Of a stretch of 64,000 bases of DNA, positions 60,502 through 64,000 are shown in pieces; the first letter of the stretch is position 1, and each line of letters begins with the position of its first letter. The position numbers were made by a program, and so were the translations under genes. The stretch is from Paecilomyces variotii (lineage: Eukaryota). The stretch lies in assembly GCA_004022145.1 (NCBI GenBank), contig RCNU01000010.1. One strand, given 5' to 3'. The notes below the pieces were generated by a model that worked only from the letters and a program-made list of their open reading frames with translations, was not told the DNA's origin and did not search any database.

Positions 60502-62163
60502 ATGGTAAGATTCTGCTCTTTTTTTTTTCCTCGCCATGAGTCACCCATCGTGGTGGACGCGGACTGACGATGCAATTGCTTCCTAGGCCGGATCAACCGT
60601 CATCTCCAATGCGGAGAATGTGCGTGCTCAACACCCTTCAGCCGCTCTGTGCTGTGCGGCGTGAGGATTCCCTCCTGTGGCATACTGACTTTTCTGTTCG
60701 GTGGCGATAGCTCAGCAAGTACATGAGCCTTGACCAGCGAGGCAAGATCATGGCCGAGTACGTCTGGATTGATGCCGTCGGTGGTGTCCGCTCCAAGACC
60801 AGGGTATGCCATTTTTTTCTCTTCTTGTTCCTTTCTTATCTCTTTGGCGGCGGGGTTGCTCGTGTGACCGTGCGGCTACGGTATCGGGGATGCCTCCGCT
60901 GTGGGCAATTTCCCAAACCATCCCGCGCACACGCATTTCGGATCTACAGCAGCGCCTCAACCCGTGGGATAAGCACTATCGCAACGTCGCACGGGATGAA
61001 GTGCTGCTGCAAGAGAAAGAGATGACTCCTGCTCGCCAAGTCGGAAAAAAAACCTGGTTTCCAAAAGATGACACAATGCTAACGCCTGGGCGCTTGGATA
61101 GACTCTCTCTAAGCCCGTCACCTCTGCTGATGAGCTTCCGGAGTGGAACTTTGACGGCTCGTCCACTGGCCAGGCTCCTGGTGACAACTCGGATGTCTAC
61201 ATTCGCCCGGTTGCTATCTTCCCTGACCCCTTCCGCAAGGGTGACAACATCCTCGTCCTCTGCGAGACCTGGGACTCGGATGGCACGCCCAACAAGTTCA
61301 ACCACCGTCACGAGGCTGCCCGTCTGATGGAGACTCACGCCAAGGAGGACTTCTGGTTCGGTCTCGAGCAGGAGTACACTCTCCTCGACACCGACGGCTG
61401 GCCCTACGGCTGGCCCAAGGGCGGTTTCCCCGGTGCCCAGGGCCCTTACTACTGCGGTGTCGGTACCGGCAAGGTCTACTGCCGTGACATCGTTGAGGCT
61501 CACTACAAGGCCTGTCTGTACGCTGGCATCGCCATCTCTGGTATCAACGCAGAGGTCATGCCCGCCCAGTGGGAGTTCCAGGTCGGTCCTTGCCAGGGCA
61601 TTGAGCGTAAGTCATCCATCCCACTGCACCGGTAGTCAAGTCATTACTGACATCTTGTGTCTTCCAGTCGGTGACCAGCTCTGGATGGCCCGTTTCCTCC
61701 TCCACCGCGTCGCCGAAGAGTTCGGTGTCCGCATCTCTTTCCACCCCAAGCCCATCCCCGGTGACTGGAACGGTGCCGGTCTCCACAGCAACGTGTCCAC
61801 CAAGGCGACCCGTGAGGAGGGTGGTCTGAAGGTCATCGAAGCCTACATGAAGAAGCTGGAGGCCCGTCACTTCGAGCACATTGCCGTCTACGGTGAGGGC
61901 AACGAGGAGCGTCTCACCGGCCGTCATGAGACCGGCAGCATCGACAAGTTCAGCTACGGTGTCGCTGACCGTGGTGGCTCTATCCGTATCCCCCGCCAGG
62001 TCGCCAAGGATGGCAAGGGTTACTTCGAGGACCGAAGACCTGCCAGTAACGCTGATCCTTACCAGATTACCGGTATTATTGTTGAGACTGTGAGTTTGCC
62101 CTCGAATCGACTTTCCTAGAGCCGTGATCGCTGACTTCTCTTCAGCTGTGTGGTGGTGTCTAA
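60502..62163 (+). CDS. glnA: Glutamine synthetase (type II)
   Basis: Exons 60502-60504 (ATG only), 60587-60619, 60711-60803, 61102-61606, 61668-62089, 62146-62163. Motifs [51 protein letters not shown] and [10 protein letters not shown]. Confidence 0.98.
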
Positions 62164-63025
62164 ATTTGTGGAACCTTCTGGCTTAGCTCTTGTATACCCT
62201 CCGGCGTCAACCGGGAGTCGAATAGAGCGGCACGGCAGCGGGTGAAAAAGATGTTATAGTCCTTTTTCTTTTGTTGACGATAGCCTTATTAGTTATGGGT
62301 TTGTTGACCCGCTCGCCGCAGCCGGTTCTATCACTCTCTCCTTTGTCGTTCAGTTCCATTTTTCCTTTTAACTCATCCTCACGTCGGCCATGTCTGTTAC
62401 GAGGAGCATAGATAGCTTGTTCTATCTGGATTGAATCATTGAATAAAAGAAGTTTCAACGGGAATCGTACGCGATCTGTCAGTATGACTACTGGCTATAT
62501 ATAGGCTGCCCCATAGGATCATCCCGGACATTCCAAATGGGATTAGTTTGGATAATGGGCAGCCTTGGCAGTAGCTGGCACTCGATATAGGAAGAAATAC
62601 CGTCTATACATCTGCGAGCTCATTCTGGCTTCACCCAGAGGTTGTTAGCAGGGTGATCCCTGTGAGTCAGGTGATCTAGTACTCACCAACCTCATTGATA
62701 CTCCGCCTACGGTCAACTACGCTCTCTCGGTTTGCGCGCCCATTCCGTTAGCACAGCTGCTGAAGATACTTCATTGTCAACTAGCTAGCTATGTGGCTCT
62801 AGCAAGGATCCTGCTGGTCGCCCTGACCACGAGATGTCACATGATCTAGGCCAGGATAGGCCCGGCCTGCCTCCTAGCTATGTAGTAATCCAAGCAGCTT
62901 CTCACCGCTTCCTTCAACTACTACTGGAGCCCCTAGGGGTACCAAAATGCTTCTTGTCTATGTGACTTGAAGCAAATCCAGCAATCGTTCTGCTCACTTC
63001 ACATACCGTACCATATGACTGGACC

Positions 63026-64000
63026 ATGCCAAAAACTAGACGTCTGCTACGTGGCGAAATCACGTACTCGGCCGCGAAGGACAAAGAAGTCAATATTCTT
63101 CATCGCTTGGAGTATTATAACCAGGAAATCCAGTTCTTCTCCCTTCTTGACAAAAGCCGCGACTGGATCCGCGCCGTTGTTTCTTATCACTTGAACCTGC
63201 GATCGTCGGACTATTGCCATGTAGCGGACGTATCGGACTGGTTGCATGGGAGCTTCAATGTATGTATACCAGTGACGATTGTTGATTGGAAAGGAAAACA
63301 ACAGTCAGGAGACCGTGTTCTTATCCGATTTCCTCTACCATATCGAGTCGGTGAAAGCTACCACCCTGGGAATGGAGATGAGAAACTCAGATGTGAGGCT
63401 GCTACCTATTCTTGGCTACAAGATAACTGTCCCGACGTGCCCATTCCACAATTATATGGCTTCGGGCTATCTACTGGTGAGACTGTATGGGTCGTTACTC
63501 TACATCTTTAAGGGCGATTTCAAAGACTAATATTATCCAGTTTACACAAGTCACGAATCTCCCTCTTTGGATGCGCTGCATACACTTTCTGAGACGGAAT
63601 ATCCTTACGTTGGTTGGCTACCCACTTCCGTCGCGATATGTACGTCGTCATGGCAGTGCGGTGGCGTCGGGTGATGGGCCGCTGCCCTTCGGTTACCTTT
63701 TGACTGAGTATATTGAGAGTACAAGGGGGGAAATGCTTTCAAAAACCTGGGGCATAAAGCGAGATGATCTTAGATTACGAACCAATTTCTTGCGTGATCT
63801 GAGTCGAATATTTCTGAGTTTGGCAAGACACCCACTTCCAAAAATTGGTTCTTTTACCATCGATAATAACGGAGTTTTGTCTCTCACAAATCGCCCCTTA
63901 CAACTTGAGATTCAGGACCTTGAGAATGAAAGAATTCCAACGGATATACCGCGGGACTACACATACTCAACCGTTGACTCATATGTGGCCGATATACTTC
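63026..64000 (+). CDS. Aminoglycoside-phosphotransferase-like (APH / protein kinase-like) family protein, truncated by window end
   Basis: WLHGSFNVCIPV, LIRFPLPY, EKLRCEAATY..L....VPIPQLYGFG; intron 63485-63540; reading continues with YLLTEYI and PLPKIGSF. Confidence 0.85.

Overview
Intron-containing DNA from a filamentous ascomycete, most likely Eurotiales (Aspergillus/Penicillium/Paecilomyces-like; inferred from wetA and from cpcB carrying an intronic U24). I reconstructed 22 protein-coding loci by hand from GT..AG introns with CTRAC-type branch points. In order: an Air1/2-like zinc-knuckle protein, ORMDL/Orm1, a conserved unknown, a calponin-homology protein, an NDUFA12-family protein, wetA, an acidic unknown, a ~1300-aa histone-fold/repeat protein, a tandem SUKH-like protein, SRAP/HMCES, an Mgr3-like TPR protein, cpcB/RACK1, Aim6-like, SDH5, a frameshifted ThDP enzyme, a PTH11-like membrane protein, a Dal5-family MFS transporter, ERV25, a conserved unknown, MED1, glutamine synthetase glnA and a truncated APH-like kinase. 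The strongest unexplained signals are: (i) a base-paired, possibly switchable RNA structure filling glnA intron 3; (ii) a U24 snoRNA whose D-box guide appears to have diverged; (iii) a histone-fold protein with five copies of an L(A)DFL(K/R)xxxPP motif; (iv) a candidate PP1-docking protein divergent from wetA; (v) a three-gene catabolic-looking island whose enzyme carries a 2-nt frameshift. Family calls come from motif recognition, not database searches, and exon boundaries were read manually.
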